Translations under genes and position numbers: made by a program
Shown: positions 10,283-19,749 of the stretch, piece by piece
Layout of the letters: every line of letters starts with the position of its first letter
Numbering within the stretch: the stretch's first letter is position 1
Notes under the pieces: generated by a model
Database searches by the model: none
Seen by the model: only the letters and a program-made list of their open reading frames with translations
Told to the model about the DNA's origin: nothing
Assembly (NCBI GenBank): GCA_963702425.1
Contig: CAVPCQ010000029.1
Coordinates: 20,593 to 84,592 of the forward strand
Direction of reading: 5' to 3'
Length of the DNA stretch: 64,000 nt
Origin: an uncultured Acidobacteriota bacterium
Lineage (GTDB): Bacteria > Acidobacteriota > Polarisedimenticolia > J045

Positions 10283-11284
10283 GTGAGCCAGCCGTCCCAC
10301 TACGCCGCCGCCTCCGTCGACCTGCGCCGCGCCCTGGCGAAGGCGATCCCGCAGGACGCGCTGCGCGAGCTGCACCGAACCAGCCCGGCAGCGCACCTGG
10401 CGGTCTTCGGCTGGCAGCTCCTGCTGATCGCGGTCTGCATGACCGGGGCCGCACGGCTCGACGCGTGGTGGCAGTGGCTGCCGTTCTCGATCGTGCTCGG
10501 CTTCACCTTCTTCAACTTCACGGTGATGCTGCACGAGGTCGTGCACGACGCGGTCTTCACGAAGAAGCAGACGCGCGCCAACTCGCTGCTGGGGCTGGTC
10601 TACGCGTTTCCTTCGGGTATCTCGCGCACCCAGTTCACGAAGTGGCACCTGGATCACCACGCCCAGCTCGGCGACGGCGAGGCCGACCCGAAGCGCCACC
10701 ACCTCTCGCCGAAGCGCAACGCGCGCTGGTACAAGCTGCTCTACATGACGCCGGCGCTGTTCTTCATCTACTTCCGCGCCGCGGCGCGCGAGACGGCGAC
10801 CTACCCGCCGGAGCTGCAGAAGACGATCCGGATCGAGCGCACCGTGACGATCCTCGGCCAGCTCGGGATCCTGCTCGCGATCGGCGTCTTCGCCGGCTGG
10901 TGGATCGCGTTCAAGGTCTACATGGTGCCGTACTTCGTCGTCTTCCCGGTGGCGTTCACGCTCAACCGCCTCGGCCAGCACTACAACATCGACCCGGCCG
11001 ACCCCGCGAAGTGGTCGACCCTGATCAGGCCGTCGCGCTTCTGGGACGTGGCCTATCTCTGGTCGGCCTATCACCTCGAGCACCACTACTTCCCGCGCGT
11101 GCCGTTCTACCGCCTGCGCCGGCTGCACCTGATGCTGCGGCCGTTCTACCGGGAAATCGGCCTCCAGCCGGTGACCTACCGGGCCCTGGTCTGGAACTGG
11201 TTCGTCCTGAACCGCCCGCCCCACACCAACTGGTCGGTCCCGGACCTGGACCAGGCCGGGATCGCGCACCAGTCGGCGCACTAG
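10283..11284 (+). CDS. Membrane fatty acid desaturase family protein
   Basis: Three His boxes HEVVH, HLDHH, HLEHH with hydrophobic segments. Confidence 0.88.
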   Translation: MSQPSHYAAASVDLRRALAKAIPQDALRELHRTSPAAHLAVFGWQLLLIAVCMTGAARLDAWWQWLPFSIVLGFTFFNFTVMLHEVVHDAVFTKKQTRANSLLGLVYAFPSGISRTQFTKWHLDHHAQLGDGEADPKRHHLSPKRNARWYKLLYMTPALFFIYFRAAARETATYPPELQKTIRIERTVTILGQLGILLAIGVFAGWWIAFKVYMVPYFVVFPVAFTLNRLGQHYNIDPADPAKWSTLIRPSRFWDVAYLWSAYHLEHHYFPRVPFYRLRRLHLMLRPFYREIGLQPVTYRALVWNWFVLNRPPHTNWSVPDLDQAGIAHQSAH

Positions 11285-11447
11285 TGTCCCGATTCCGTCT
11301 TGGGTTGACAACCAAGGCCGCCGAAGCGCCCGCGGGGCAAGGCGCGAGGACGCCGGCGTACTCCCGCCGTACGCCAAGGACGAGCAACGCCGCCCTGCGG
11401 GATGCAGCGGCGGCCGACTGTCAAGCCAAGAGGAGTCGGGACACTAG
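11281..11447. mobile_element. MITE-like palindromic element, 167 bp
   Basis: Imperfect terminal inverted repeats CTAGTGTCCCGATTCCGTCTTGGGTTGACA / TGTCAAGCCAAGAGGAGTCGGGACACTAG, CTAG at both ends, internal CGTAC..GTACG hairpin. Confidence 0.7.
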
Positions 11448-11478
11448 CGGTATCCTTCCCCCCGGAAGGGGGTATCCG

Positions 11479-11805
11479 ATGAGACGAGCCGTTCTTGGAA
11501 CCACCGTGCTGCTCGGCACGGTGGCTCTGCTCGCGTCCTGCGAGCCGATCCGCCCGCCAGGGCACGCCATCACGCCGCTCGGCCGCGAAGTCCTGGCGGC
11601 CGACAACCGCATCCCGAAGGAATTCGGGCGCGTCTTCGGCGCCTCGACGTCCGACTCCTACCCCGGCTGGAGCCAACTCTACTTCGAGGACGACGCGGGC
11701 ATCATCCGGATCGTGTTCGTGTCCTTCACCGACCGGGCGCTCGAACCGAAGGTCCTGACGATCCCGCGCGGCGACGAGCCGGCGCGGCCGGAGAACCCGC
11801 GATGA
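11479..11805 (+). CDS. Hypothetical lipoprotein
   Basis: MRRAVLGTTVLLGTVALLASC signal peptide with lipobox; purine-rich RBS; ATGA overlap with next gene. Confidence 0.65.
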   Translation: MRRAVLGTTVLLGTVALLASCEPIRPPGHAITPLGREVLAADNRIPKEFGRVFGASTSDSYPGWSQLYFEDDAGIIRIVFVSFTDRALEPKVLTIPRGDEPARPENPR

Positions 11806-12014
11806 ACCGCCGCCTCGGAAGCCTGCCCGGCGTCTTTACCGCGATCGGTGCGCTGGCCGCGATCGGTGCCGTCGCGCAGCGGATCGCGAACATGCGCAAC
11901 CAGCGGATCACCCTGCTGCCGTCGACGGAGCTGCTCTACGAGTGGGCGGTGCTGGCGCTGCTGTTCGCGGCGGTCGGGTTGCTCTGGCAGATCAGGGATC
12001 GGACCCACCCCTAG
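11802..12014 (+). CDS. Small hypothetical membrane protein (2 TM)
   Basis: Two hydrophobic stretches; translationally coupled to upstream gene. Confidence 0.6.
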   Translation: MNRRLGSLPGVFTAIGALAAIGAVAQRIANMRNQRITLLPSTELLYEWAVLALLFAAVGLLWQIRDRTHP

Positions 12015-12051
12015 AAGCGGGGACCGTTCGGCCCCGGCGCGCCCGGGGAGT

Positions 12052-12399
12052 TCAAGGGAGCACCCGCGGGTCGACCTCTTCGGCCCACCCGTAGATCCCT
12101 CCGCGCAGGTTGCGGACGTGGGCGAACCCCGCGCGCCGCAGGAAGTCCACCGCCCAGGCGCTGCGCTCCCCCACCTTGCAGTAAGCGACGATTTCGCGCG
12201 CGGGGTCGAGCTCCTCGAACCGGTCCGGCAACTCCGGCAGCGGCAGCAGGGCCGAGCCGGGGATCCGGGCGTAGGCGTGCTCCCAGGGTTGGCGCACGTC
12301 GAGGAGCAGGATCTCCTCGCCCCGGTCGAGGCGCACCTTCAGCTCGGCCGCGCCGATCTCGAAGGGGAGGTTCGTGGCGGGGGGCTGGGGATGGCTCAT
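12052..12399 (-). CDS. Rhodanese-like domain protein
   Basis: LLDVRQPWE, YCKVGERS, NLRGGI..W...VDP (MoeB C-terminal rhodanese type). Confidence 0.9.
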   Translation of the reverse strand: MSHPQPPATNLPFEIGAAELKVRLDRGEEILLLDVRQPWEHAYARIPGSALLPLPELPDRFEELDPAREIVAYCKVGERSAWAVDFLRRAGFAHVRNLRGGIYGWAEEVDPRVLP

Positions 12400-12412
12400 C
12401 GTCGGCTTCCGT

Positions 12413-12442
12413 CGGCTGCGGCTGCGGCTGCGGCTGCGGCTG
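12413..12442. repeat. (CGGCTG)5 microsatellite
   Basis: Five perfect hexamers followed by one inverted copy CAGCCG at 12443-12448. Confidence 0.9.
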
Positions 12443-12632
12443 CAGCCGCGGAAGCGGAGTATGCAGCCGCACCGCGGGCCGCGCCGGTCGCCGCCGGGCG
12501 GGGAACCGCGGCAGTCAGGGCGTCGCCGCGAGCGCCCCTCCGTGGTTTGACAAGGCTCTTCCCGGGGGCTCTAGTACCCGCTCCGGGCGCCGCCCCGGAG
12601 CGCGCCATCCCGCGGCGCCGGGAGGTCCTCCG

Positions 12633-13712
12633 ATGATCCTCGACCCGTCGACCGTGAACGCCGTCTACGAGACGATGCGGGCCAAGCTGGGGGACGTCGT
12701 GCCCGACGTCGAACTGCGGCTCAAGGCCCCGCTGGTCGTCGAGATCCAGCAGCTCAAGCGCGAGCGCAACGCGGTCATCCTGGGGCACAACTACATGGAG
12801 CCGGCCCTCTACCACACGGTGCCGGACTTCAAGGGCGACTCGCTGGAGCTGGCGCGCCGCGCGGCGGAGTCGACCGCCGACGTGATCGTCTTCTGCGGCG
12901 TCCGCTTCATGGCCGAGACGGCGAAGATCCTGAACCCCTCCCGCACGGTGCTGCTGCCGACGCCGAAGGGCGGCTGCTCGCTGGCCGAGAGCATCAACGG
13001 GGCGGACGTCCGCGCGCTCAAGGAGAAGTACCCGGGCGTCCCGGTGGTCTGCTACATCAACACCTCGGCCGAGGTGAAGGCGGAGTGCGACGTCTGCTGC
13101 ACCTCCGGCAACGCGGCGGCGATCGTTCGCGCGCTCGGGCCGGGGCCCGTGATCTTCGTGCCGGACGAGTTCCTGGCCGGCAACGTGGCCCGCGAGACCG
13201 GCCGGGAGATCATCTTCCCGAGCGCGGCGCCCCGCGCGGCAGCGGCGCAGAACCCGCGCCTGACCTACGAGATCGTGGGCTGGCAGGGACGCTGCGAGGT
13301 CCACGAGAAGTTCACGACCGACGACATCCGCCGCGTGCGCGAGCAGTTCCCCGACGCGGTCGTGGTCGCCCACCCGGAGTGCCGTCCGGAAGTCACGGCC
13401 GCCGCCGACTTCACGGGAAGCACCTCGGCGGCGATCCGGTTCGTCCGCGAGAGCGGGGCGAAGCGCTACCTCCTGCTGACCGAGTGCGCGATGGGCGACA
13501 ACATCGCCGCAGACAACCCGGGCAAGGAGATGCTCCGGCTCTGCAGCGTGCGCTGTCCGCACATGAACGAGATCACGCTGGAGCAGACCCGTGACGCGCT
13601 GCTTCACTCGCGCTACGTGATCGACGTACCGGAGGAGGTCCGCGCGCGCGCCCGCCGCTGTCTCGACCGGATGCTCGAGATGTCCGCGTCGCTGCTCGCG
13701 AACGCCGGGTAG
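12633..13712 (+). CDS. nadA: Quinolinate synthase
   Basis: ILGHNYM, FCGVRFMAETAKIL, CYINTSA, AHPEC, CPHMNEITL. Confidence 0.95.
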   Translation: MILDPSTVNAVYETMRAKLGDVVPDVELRLKAPLVVEIQQLKRERNAVILGHNYMEPALYHTVPDFKGDSLELARRAAESTADVIVFCGVRFMAETAKILNPSRTVLLPTPKGGCSLAESINGADVRALKEKYPGVPVVCYINTSAEVKAECDVCCTSGNAAAIVRALGPGPVIFVPDEFLAGNVARETGREIIFPSAAPRAAAAQNPRLTYEIVGWQGRCEVHEKFTTDDIRRVREQFPDAVVVAHPECRPEVTAAADFTGSTSAAIRFVRESGAKRYLLLTECAMGDNIAADNPGKEMLRLCSVRCPHMNEITLEQTRDALLHSRYVIDVPEEVRARARRCLDRMLEMSASLLANAG

Positions 13713-14630
13713 ATGAACGCCTCGTTCGACCTCTCCCGCTACGGTGTGATCGCGATCGACGGTCCCGACGCCGCGAAGTTCCTGCAGGGCCTCTCGACCG
13801 CCGACATCCGGATCGTGACCCCCGCGCGCTCGACGCTCGGTGCGTTCTGCCAGGTGAACGGGCGCGTCTCCGTCGTCTTCCGTGTCTTCGAGCGCGGCGG
13901 CGAGCTGGTCCTGCGGTTGCCCGGGGCGCTCGTCCCGGAGACGCTCGAGCGCCTGCGCCGGGTGGTCTTCCGGTCCCGCGTGAAGGTCGCGGACGCGGGC
14001 GCGGAGCTGGCGCGGGCCGGCGTGGCCGGCGCGGCGGCGGCTGAGGCCCTGGCGAAGCAGGCCGGCGTGCTCCCGGCGGCCGCGGACGCCGCGACGACGG
14101 CCGGATCGTGCACGATCATCCGGGTTCCCGGCGAGTTGCCGCGCTTCGAGATCTACGCACCGCACGCCGACCTCGCGCGGCTGCTCGTCGCACTCGAGGC
14201 CGCAGGGTTCGCGCGCGCCGCCGACGGGCTGTGGACTCTCCTCGAGGTCCGGGCCGGCCTGCCGGAGGTCGAGCCGCCGACGGTCGACGCGTTCCTGCCG
14301 CAGAATCTCGAGTTGGAGCGGTTCTCCGGCCTGTCGTTCTCGAAGGGCTGCTACCCCGGCCAGGAGGTCGTCGCGCGCACGCAGCACCTGGGCGAGCTCA
14401 AGCGCCGGCTGTTCCGTGGTCGCACGGGTGGTGGCGAGGTCCCGGCACCCGCCACGCCGCTGCGCGCGATCGAGGCGGGGCGCGAGCGCGACGGCGGCAA
14501 GGTGGTCCGCGCGGCCGCGGCGCCGGACGGGACGATCGAACTGCTGGCGGTGATCCCGGTCGCGGAGGTCGCGTCCGGTGCGCTGCTCGCGCTCGGGCAC
14601 GCCGCCGGCGAGACGGTCACGCTGGTTTGA
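13713..14630 (+). CDS. ygfZ: Folate-binding Fe-S cluster repair protein YgfZ/GcvT family
   Basis: KGCYPGQEVVAR signature; GPDAAKFLQGL N-terminus. Confidence 0.9.
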   Translation: MNASFDLSRYGVIAIDGPDAAKFLQGLSTADIRIVTPARSTLGAFCQVNGRVSVVFRVFERGGELVLRLPGALVPETLERLRRVVFRSRVKVADAGAELARAGVAGAAAAEALAKQAGVLPAAADAATTAGSCTIIRVPGELPRFEIYAPHADLARLLVALEAAGFARAADGLWTLLEVRAGLPEVEPPTVDAFLPQNLELERFSGLSFSKGCYPGQEVVARTQHLGELKRRLFRGRTGGGEVPAPATPLRAIEAGRERDGGKVVRAAAAPDGTIELLAVIPVAEVASGALLALGHAAGETVTLV

Positions 14631-16197
14631 CCAGCACGATCCGTTCGGGCCAGCGCGCCATGTCGCGGGCCGCCTGCACCACCCGTGGTACGTCCTCCCT
14701 GGTGCGGGCGTAGATCCAGAGGACCGGTGCGCCACTCTCGCGCCGCAGCGGAACGAGCGCGCCGACGGCCTCCATGGTGAGCGGCGGCGGGGAGGCCGTC
14801 GCCTCCTCGAGGCCCGGCAGCGGCGGCTCGCCGGCGATCGACAGGACCGCGAGCGGCAGGCAGCCGTACCGCACCAGGAAGCTGCGCCCCTCCGCCGTAT
14901 CGGCCGCCACGCGCCACTGCCTGCGTCCACCGACGTCGGCCAGCAGGGGGTCGAGCAGCGGGAGCATCCCGCCCGTTGCGGAGAAGCCGGCCTCGCTCAG
15001 GAAGAGCAGGGCCGGCGTCTCCGCGAGCGTCATGTCGTCCAGTGCGCCGATCACCTGCGCCGGCGGAATCCCGGAGAACAGCTGCCCGGAATCGAAGGCC
15101 CGCGAGACCAGCGGCAGCAGGGCGTGCGCATAGCGGTCGACCGACTCGAGGTGGTACCAGGGATGCTCGGGACGGTACGAGTCGGGCGCCAGCCGCAACT
15201 GCGCCAGCCCCTGGCCGAGCGACGTGGGGAGCGCCTCGCGCAGCAGGCTGAACGCCGTCGCGCCGCGATAACCCTGGCTCACGTACCGGCCGGCGAGCTC
15301 GGCTCGCTCGGCCTGGGGAACCCTCCGCTGGAAGTCGTGCACCAGCTCGTGGAAGATCACTGGCACCTGCTCGGCGATCGTGTCGTCGGGACGCACCTCG
15401 AGCAGCAGCGTTCTTTCGCTCGCCTCGGCGTGCGTTCCGTACTCCTGGCTGGGGACGGCGACGAAGCTGAAGAGCGTCGGTGCGGTCGACGACGCGCCCG
15501 CGCCGGTGAACCGGGCCATCGCCGCGACCCACTGTCGCGTCACCGGTTCAGCGAGGAACTGGTCGAAGCGCCGCTGGAAGGCCTGGAGCCAGTCGAACTC
15601 GGCCCAGAGGAACTCGAACCGCTCGGCGAAGTGAGTGAGCGTTGCGCCGACGGCTTCGGCCTCCTCGGGCAGGAGAAAGGCGCGCGTGCGCTGCACGAGG
15701 TCCGGAATGCTCCGCGCCTGCAGAGCCGCCACATTCAGCATCTGCCGCCGCGAGAGCGTGTCGGGCTCGGAGGGCAGGCAGCCGCTCCCCGCGGCCTCGT
15801 CCGTGGCCGGGCGTGGCTTGAACTCGCGCAGGCGGACCTTCCGGAAGGCGGCGAGCAGTTCGCGGTCGCCCCTGTCGAGCGGGCCGAAGCGGGCGAACCA
15901 CGCCCGGTAGTACGCCGGCTGGGTCAGCCCGTTGGAGGTCTCGGCGAGGTTGTCGACCCAGTGGAAGAGGTTCGCGACGTACGAAACCTCGGTGACGATC
16001 GGAGAGGCGCTCCGGCCGTCCTGGGACGCGGCGGTGGGCGGCTGATTCGCCGTCGGTGGCGGCGGCGCGAGCGGTGTCGAGGCGCAGCCGGAGAGCGCGG
16101 CCCAGCCGGTCGCGAGCGCGACCCACGTGCCGAAGCGCGCCAGCGCGCTGCGGCGCGGGCGGGTGGGTCGAGCGCGGCGGGGCGGCGTCGGTCTCAC
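14617..16197 (-). CDS. Hypothetical lipoprotein with HEXXH motif (putative zinc metallopeptidase); start uncertain
   Basis: Lipobox LSGC; FHELVH motif followed by a downstream Glu (LLREAL). Confidence 0.6.
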   Translation of the reverse strand: MRPTPPRRARPTRPRRSALARFGTWVALATGWAALSGCASTPLAPPPPTANQPPTAASQDGRSASPIVTEVSYVANLFHWVDNLAETSNGLTQPAYYRAWFARFGPLDRGDRELLAAFRKVRLREFKPRPATDEAAGSGCLPSEPDTLSRRQMLNVAALQARSIPDLVQRTRAFLLPEEAEAVGATLTHFAERFEFLWAEFDWLQAFQRRFDQFLAEPVTRQWVAAMARFTGAGASSTAPTLFSFVAVPSQEYGTHAEASERTLLLEVRPDDTIAEQVPVIFHELVHDFQRRVPQAERAELAGRYVSQGYRGATAFSLLREALPTSLGQGLAQLRLAPDSYRPEHPWYHLESVDRYAHALLPLVSRAFDSGQLFSGIPPAQVIGALDDMTLAETPALLFLSEAGFSATGGMLPLLDPLLADVGGRRQWRVAADTAEGRSFLVRYGCLPLAVLSIAGEPPLPGLEEATASPPPLTMEAVGALVPLRRESGAPVLWIYARTREDVPRVVQAARDMARWPERIVLVKPA

Positions 16198-16316
16198 GGT
16201 CCTCGGATCCTGCGGCGGGGCGGCGGCGGTTGGCCGCGCGCAACCCACCCTGTAGCATACCCGGCGCGCCGCAGGAAGCCCGCTGCCAGGGCCGGGATCG
16301 CGGGCGCGGGGATTGC

Positions 16317-16706
16317 ATGGGCCGTTCCATCGCCACCACCGACGGGATCAAGGTCGAGGTCACGAGCCGGTACGTGCCGGAGCGGTCCGCTCCGCCGGAG
16401 GACCTGTACTTCTTCGCGTACAAGGTGAAGGTGAGCAACGACGGGCGCGAGGCGGCCCGCCTGGTCAATCGGCACTGGATCATCACCGACGCCGAAGGAG
16501 AGGTCGAACAGGTGCGCGGGCCCGGCGTGGTCGGCGAGCAGCCGCGACTCGAGCCGGGAGAGTCATTCGAGTACACCAGCGGCTGTCCGCTGCCGACCCC
16601 GCGGGGATCGATGCGGGGCACCTACGAGATGTGGCGCGACGACGGCCGCCGCTTCAAGGCGGAGATCGCGCCGTTCGCGCTCGAGATGCCGCACACGCTG
16701 AACTGA
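16317..16706 (+). CDS. apaG: ApaG protein
   Basis: RHWIITD, GPGVVGEQP, FEYTSGCPL, GSMRGTY. Confidence 0.95.
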   Translation: MGRSIATTDGIKVEVTSRYVPERSAPPEDLYFFAYKVKVSNDGREAARLVNRHWIITDAEGEVEQVRGPGVVGEQPRLEPGESFEYTSGCPLPTPRGSMRGTYEMWRDDGRRFKAEIAPFALEMPHTLN

Positions 16707-16723
16707 ATGGAAGGGGAGGGGGC

Positions 16724-17200
16724 ATGGACCCCAAGCTGAGGAAGGACGTGCTCCGCAACATCACCTATGGACTCTACGTGACCACGACCGCGCACGGCGA
16801 CAGCGTGGCGGCGGCCGGAGTCTCGTGGCTTTCGCAGTGCTCGTTCGAGCCGCCGCTCGTGATGATGGCGCTGCGCAAGGACGGTTCGCTCTGCGCGCTC
16901 CTGCGCCGGAGCGGACGCGGCGTCGTTCACATCCTGGGCGACGGACAGGCGGCGATCGCCAAGACCTTCTTCGGACCGACGCAACACGAAGACGGCATGA
17001 TCAACGGCCAGCCGTACCGGCTCGAGGACGGACAGCCGGTCCTCACCACCCTGCCGTGGTACTTCCACTTCGAGGTCAGGGAATGGGTTGACCGCGGCGA
17101 CCACGCGATCGCGGTGGCGGCCGTCACCGGCGCCGGCGCGCCCGGTGGGGCGACGGCGCCGCTGGCGCTGCGCGACACCAGCTGGTCCTACAGCGGGTAG
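16724..17200 (+). CDS. Flavin reductase-like domain protein
   Basis: YGLYVTT, SWLSQCSFEPPLV, GDHAI motifs; GGAGG RBS. Confidence 0.85.
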   Translation: MDPKLRKDVLRNITYGLYVTTTAHGDSVAAAGVSWLSQCSFEPPLVMMALRKDGSLCALLRRSGRGVVHILGDGQAAIAKTFFGPTQHEDGMINGQPYRLEDGQPVLTTLPWYFHFEVREWVDRGDHAIAVAAVTGAGAPGGATAPLALRDTSWSYSG

Positions 17201-17286
17201 CGGCGGCGGGGACAGCAACCGCGAATCGGTCAGTCCGCCCGGCGAGCGGAAGCAACCGGACGCGCTCCTTCGGCCGATTGGCCGAC

Positions 17287-17700
17287 CTACGGTTGCCGTT
17301 CCCGGTTCCGGAAGGTGGGGACGGGGATCGGCTCGTCGTCCGCTTCCACCTCCAGCGCTGGCGCCTCCGGGAGCGGCGCGTCCGGCTCGCGCTTCAGCAC
17401 CTCGCGGAGGGCGAACTTCAGCTCCGTCGAGAGGGTGGTCAGCGCCATCTCGTCCTTCACCACGAGGCAGCAGCCCCGGCCCTTACGGTCCGCGGTGTCG
17501 CCGGGAAGGCGGTAGTAAACGCGGCAGTTGCCGCATTCGTTGTTCCAGCAGAATCGGCCGCGCGAGATCCCATCGGGCGCCACCGACTGCAGACCGCGCA
17601 GGAGCGTGTTGTTGTCCGGTACCTCGACGGTGCGGCCGATGACCGTGAGCTTCAGGAACCGCGACCACGGTCGCAGCAGGTCCGCGTTGACGGGCTTCAC
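17287..17700 (-). CDS. 2Fe-2S cluster-binding protein
   Basis: FCWNNECGNC...GCC cysteine pattern after VEVP...TLL. Confidence 0.7.
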   Translation of the reverse strand: MKPVNADLLRPWSRFLKLTVIGRTVEVPDNNTLLRGLQSVAPDGISRGRFCWNNECGNCRVYYRLPGDTADRKGRGCCLVVKDEMALTTLSTELKFALREVLKREPDAPLPEAPALEVEADDEPIPVPTFRNRERQP

Positions 17701-17803
17701 GAGCGCTCCGCGGGGCGTCGGGAGCCCCGGGGCCGGAATATAGACTCCCTTTCCACCGGTTGCCGCCGCACGCGGACCGGGGCTCGGCGGCCGCGCCGAC
17801 GGT

Positions 17804-19417
17804 CTAGGGGCAGGTGGCCGGCGACAGCTGGCGCTGCGGGCCGCCGGTCGCGGTCAGGTCGCCCGCGGCGTTCCGTCCGATCACGAGGTAGAACAGGGCC
17901 GCCCCGGCCGAGGGCTTGACCGTATCGCCCCCGGTCCAGCGGGGCGTCGTGCTCTTGAAGATGCAGGTGTACTGCCCGGTCGCCTGGCCGTTGCGGTAGA
18001 CCCGGTACTCGGCCACGGGGACCTGCGCGCTGGAGAGCAGGTTCTCCCAGGTCCACTCCGTCCTCTGGAGCAGGAACATGTCGGCCGCACCCTTGCCGGA
18101 AACCTCCATCGCCGTGAAGGGCGGCACGATGACCCGGACCGAGCCGCCCTGGTCCACGATGTAGATCTCCTTCTGCGCGTCCTGGCCGAAGCTCGACAGG
18201 CTGCCGGGAAGCAGTCCCTGCGGGTCGAGCTGCGCGGTGCGGTCCTGCTGATCGGTGACCACCCCGCCGCTGATCCGGAACGAGCGGACGAACCCCGCGC
18301 AGTAGTCCCCGTAGAAATAGGTCCCGCGCAGGCTCGGCATCCGGCAGCCGCGGTAGACGAAGCCGCCGGTGATCGAACAGGCCCCGCCGGTATGGCCGTA
18401 CTCGAGGACGGGCCTGGTCATCGACGCGTCGTTGCACTTCGGAGTGCAGGGGGTGGTGTCGACCGGCGGCGTGCAGCTCGTGCTGGAGGGGTTGTAGCAC
18501 TTCGTCGCCTCCATCTGCCGCCAGCCGTAGTTGCGCCCACTCGCCGTCGCGGCGGAGACCCAGTTGACCTCCTCCCAGCAGTTCTGCCCGACATCGGCGA
18601 TGTACCAGTCACCGGTCGCGGGGTCGATGCTGCCGCGCCACGGGTTGCGCAGTCCGAAGGCCCAGATCTCCTCGCAGACGCTCGACTGTCCGACCAGCGG
18701 GTTGGTCGACGGGATGCGGTAGTTCGCCCCCGACGCGCCGCAGTCCGGAGCCCGTGAAGCGGGGTCGACGCCGAGCACGTCGAGGCGCAGCGCCTTGCCG
18801 AGCAGCACGTTCCTGTTCTGGCCGTTGCCGCAGGTGCCGCCGGTGCTGTCGCCGCCGCCGCCGCCGTCCCCGGTGAAGACGTAGAGGAAGCCGTCGTTGC
18901 CGAAGGTGAGGTAGCCGCCATTGTGGTTGTCCGACGGCTGGGAGAAGCGGAGGATCCGCAGCTCGCTGGCCGCGTCGGCGACGTCGGGGTTGGCGCTCAC
19001 GCGGTAGCGCGCGACGACTGTCCAGGCGTTGTTCCCCGCGTCGACCTCGGTGTAGTTCACGAAGAAGTAGCCCGAGGTCGCGTAGTCCGGCGCGAAGGCG
19101 AGTCCGAGCAGGCCCATCTCGTTGCCGCGCGTACTGACCTTCGTGCGCAGGTCGAGGAACGTCGTCCAGGTGGCGGTCGCGGTGCCGCGCTTGTGCAGGC
19201 GGATGTAGCCGTCCTGCTCGACGATGAGCTGCCGAGTGTTGTCAGCCGGCGGCGTGACGAGCAGCAACGGACGATTGACGAAGCCGGTCGCGATCGCGAC
19301 CGAGCGCAGGCTCGTCGTGTCCACCGGGGAGATGCCGAGGCAGGGATCGGTTTGAGCGAGGGCGTTTGCCGACCACGCGCAGAGCGCGAGGGCTGCGAGT
19401 CGGGGGCGGACCGTCAT
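17804..19417 (-). CDS. Secreted PQQ-dependent sugar (glucose/sorbosone) dehydrogenase with extra C-terminal domain
   Basis: Signal peptide; EMGLLGLAFAP, NHNGG, GLRNPWR, SITGGFVYRG, SSFGQD motifs; C-terminal ~100 aa ending CP. Confidence 0.9.
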   Translation of the reverse strand: MTVRPRLAALALCAWSANALAQTDPCLGISPVDTTSLRSVAIATGFVNRPLLLVTPPADNTRQLIVEQDGYIRLHKRGTATATWTTFLDLRTKVSTRGNEMGLLGLAFAPDYATSGYFFVNYTEVDAGNNAWTVVARYRVSANPDVADAASELRILRFSQPSDNHNGGYLTFGNDGFLYVFTGDGGGGGDSTGGTCGNGQNRNVLLGKALRLDVLGVDPASRAPDCGASGANYRIPSTNPLVGQSSVCEEIWAFGLRNPWRGSIDPATGDWYIADVGQNCWEEVNWVSAATASGRNYGWRQMEATKCYNPSSTSCTPPVDTTPCTPKCNDASMTRPVLEYGHTGGACSITGGFVYRGCRMPSLRGTYFYGDYCAGFVRSFRISGGVVTDQQDRTAQLDPQGLLPGSLSSFGQDAQKEIYIVDQGGSVRVIVPPFTAMEVSGKGAADMFLLQRTEWTWENLLSSAQVPVAEYRVYRNGQATGQYTCIFKSTTPRWTGGDTVKPSAGAALFYLVIGRNAAGDLTATGGPQRQLSPATCP

Positions 19418-19566
19418 GGCTGTTCCTCGTCGTGGAGCGTGGGCCCGCCACATCCGCGGGCGCTGCTGGTCGGGCGCTGCATGGACGAACGGTGTACCGC
19501 GCAAACCGTGGAATCCGCAAGAAACAACCCCGTTAACAGGCGTCCTCAGCCAACCTCGGGGGCGCC

Positions 19567-19595
19567 TTGACAGCGGCGGCGGGGAGAGGTACCTT
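19567..19595 (+). promoter_or_regulatory. Putative sigma70 promoter of apbE operon
   Basis: TTGACA (19567) - 17 bp - TACCTT (19590). Confidence 0.6.
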
Positions 19596-19605
19596 CCGGT
19601 TAGTT

Positions 19606-19624
19606 AATGCGAGCCATTCGCAAC
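19606..19624. promoter_or_regulatory. Palindromic operator box 1 (Fur-family-like)
   Basis: AATGCGAGCCATTCGCAAC; TGCGA-N5-TCGCA dyad just downstream of the -10. Confidence 0.55.
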
Positions 19625-19749
19625 TAGAGTATGTGAGGACTGAACTTCCGATCGGGAAGATCCCCACAAACCCCCGACAGAGCGCCCACCTTGGGCCTGG
19701 CGGACCGTGCGGAATGCCGCTCGGGCGCCGTTTGGGTGCGACCCTCTTC

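Noticed and set aside
12547-12577. Sigma70 promoter for nadA (TTGACA at 12547)
   Set aside because: No convincing -10 at 16-18 bp spacing
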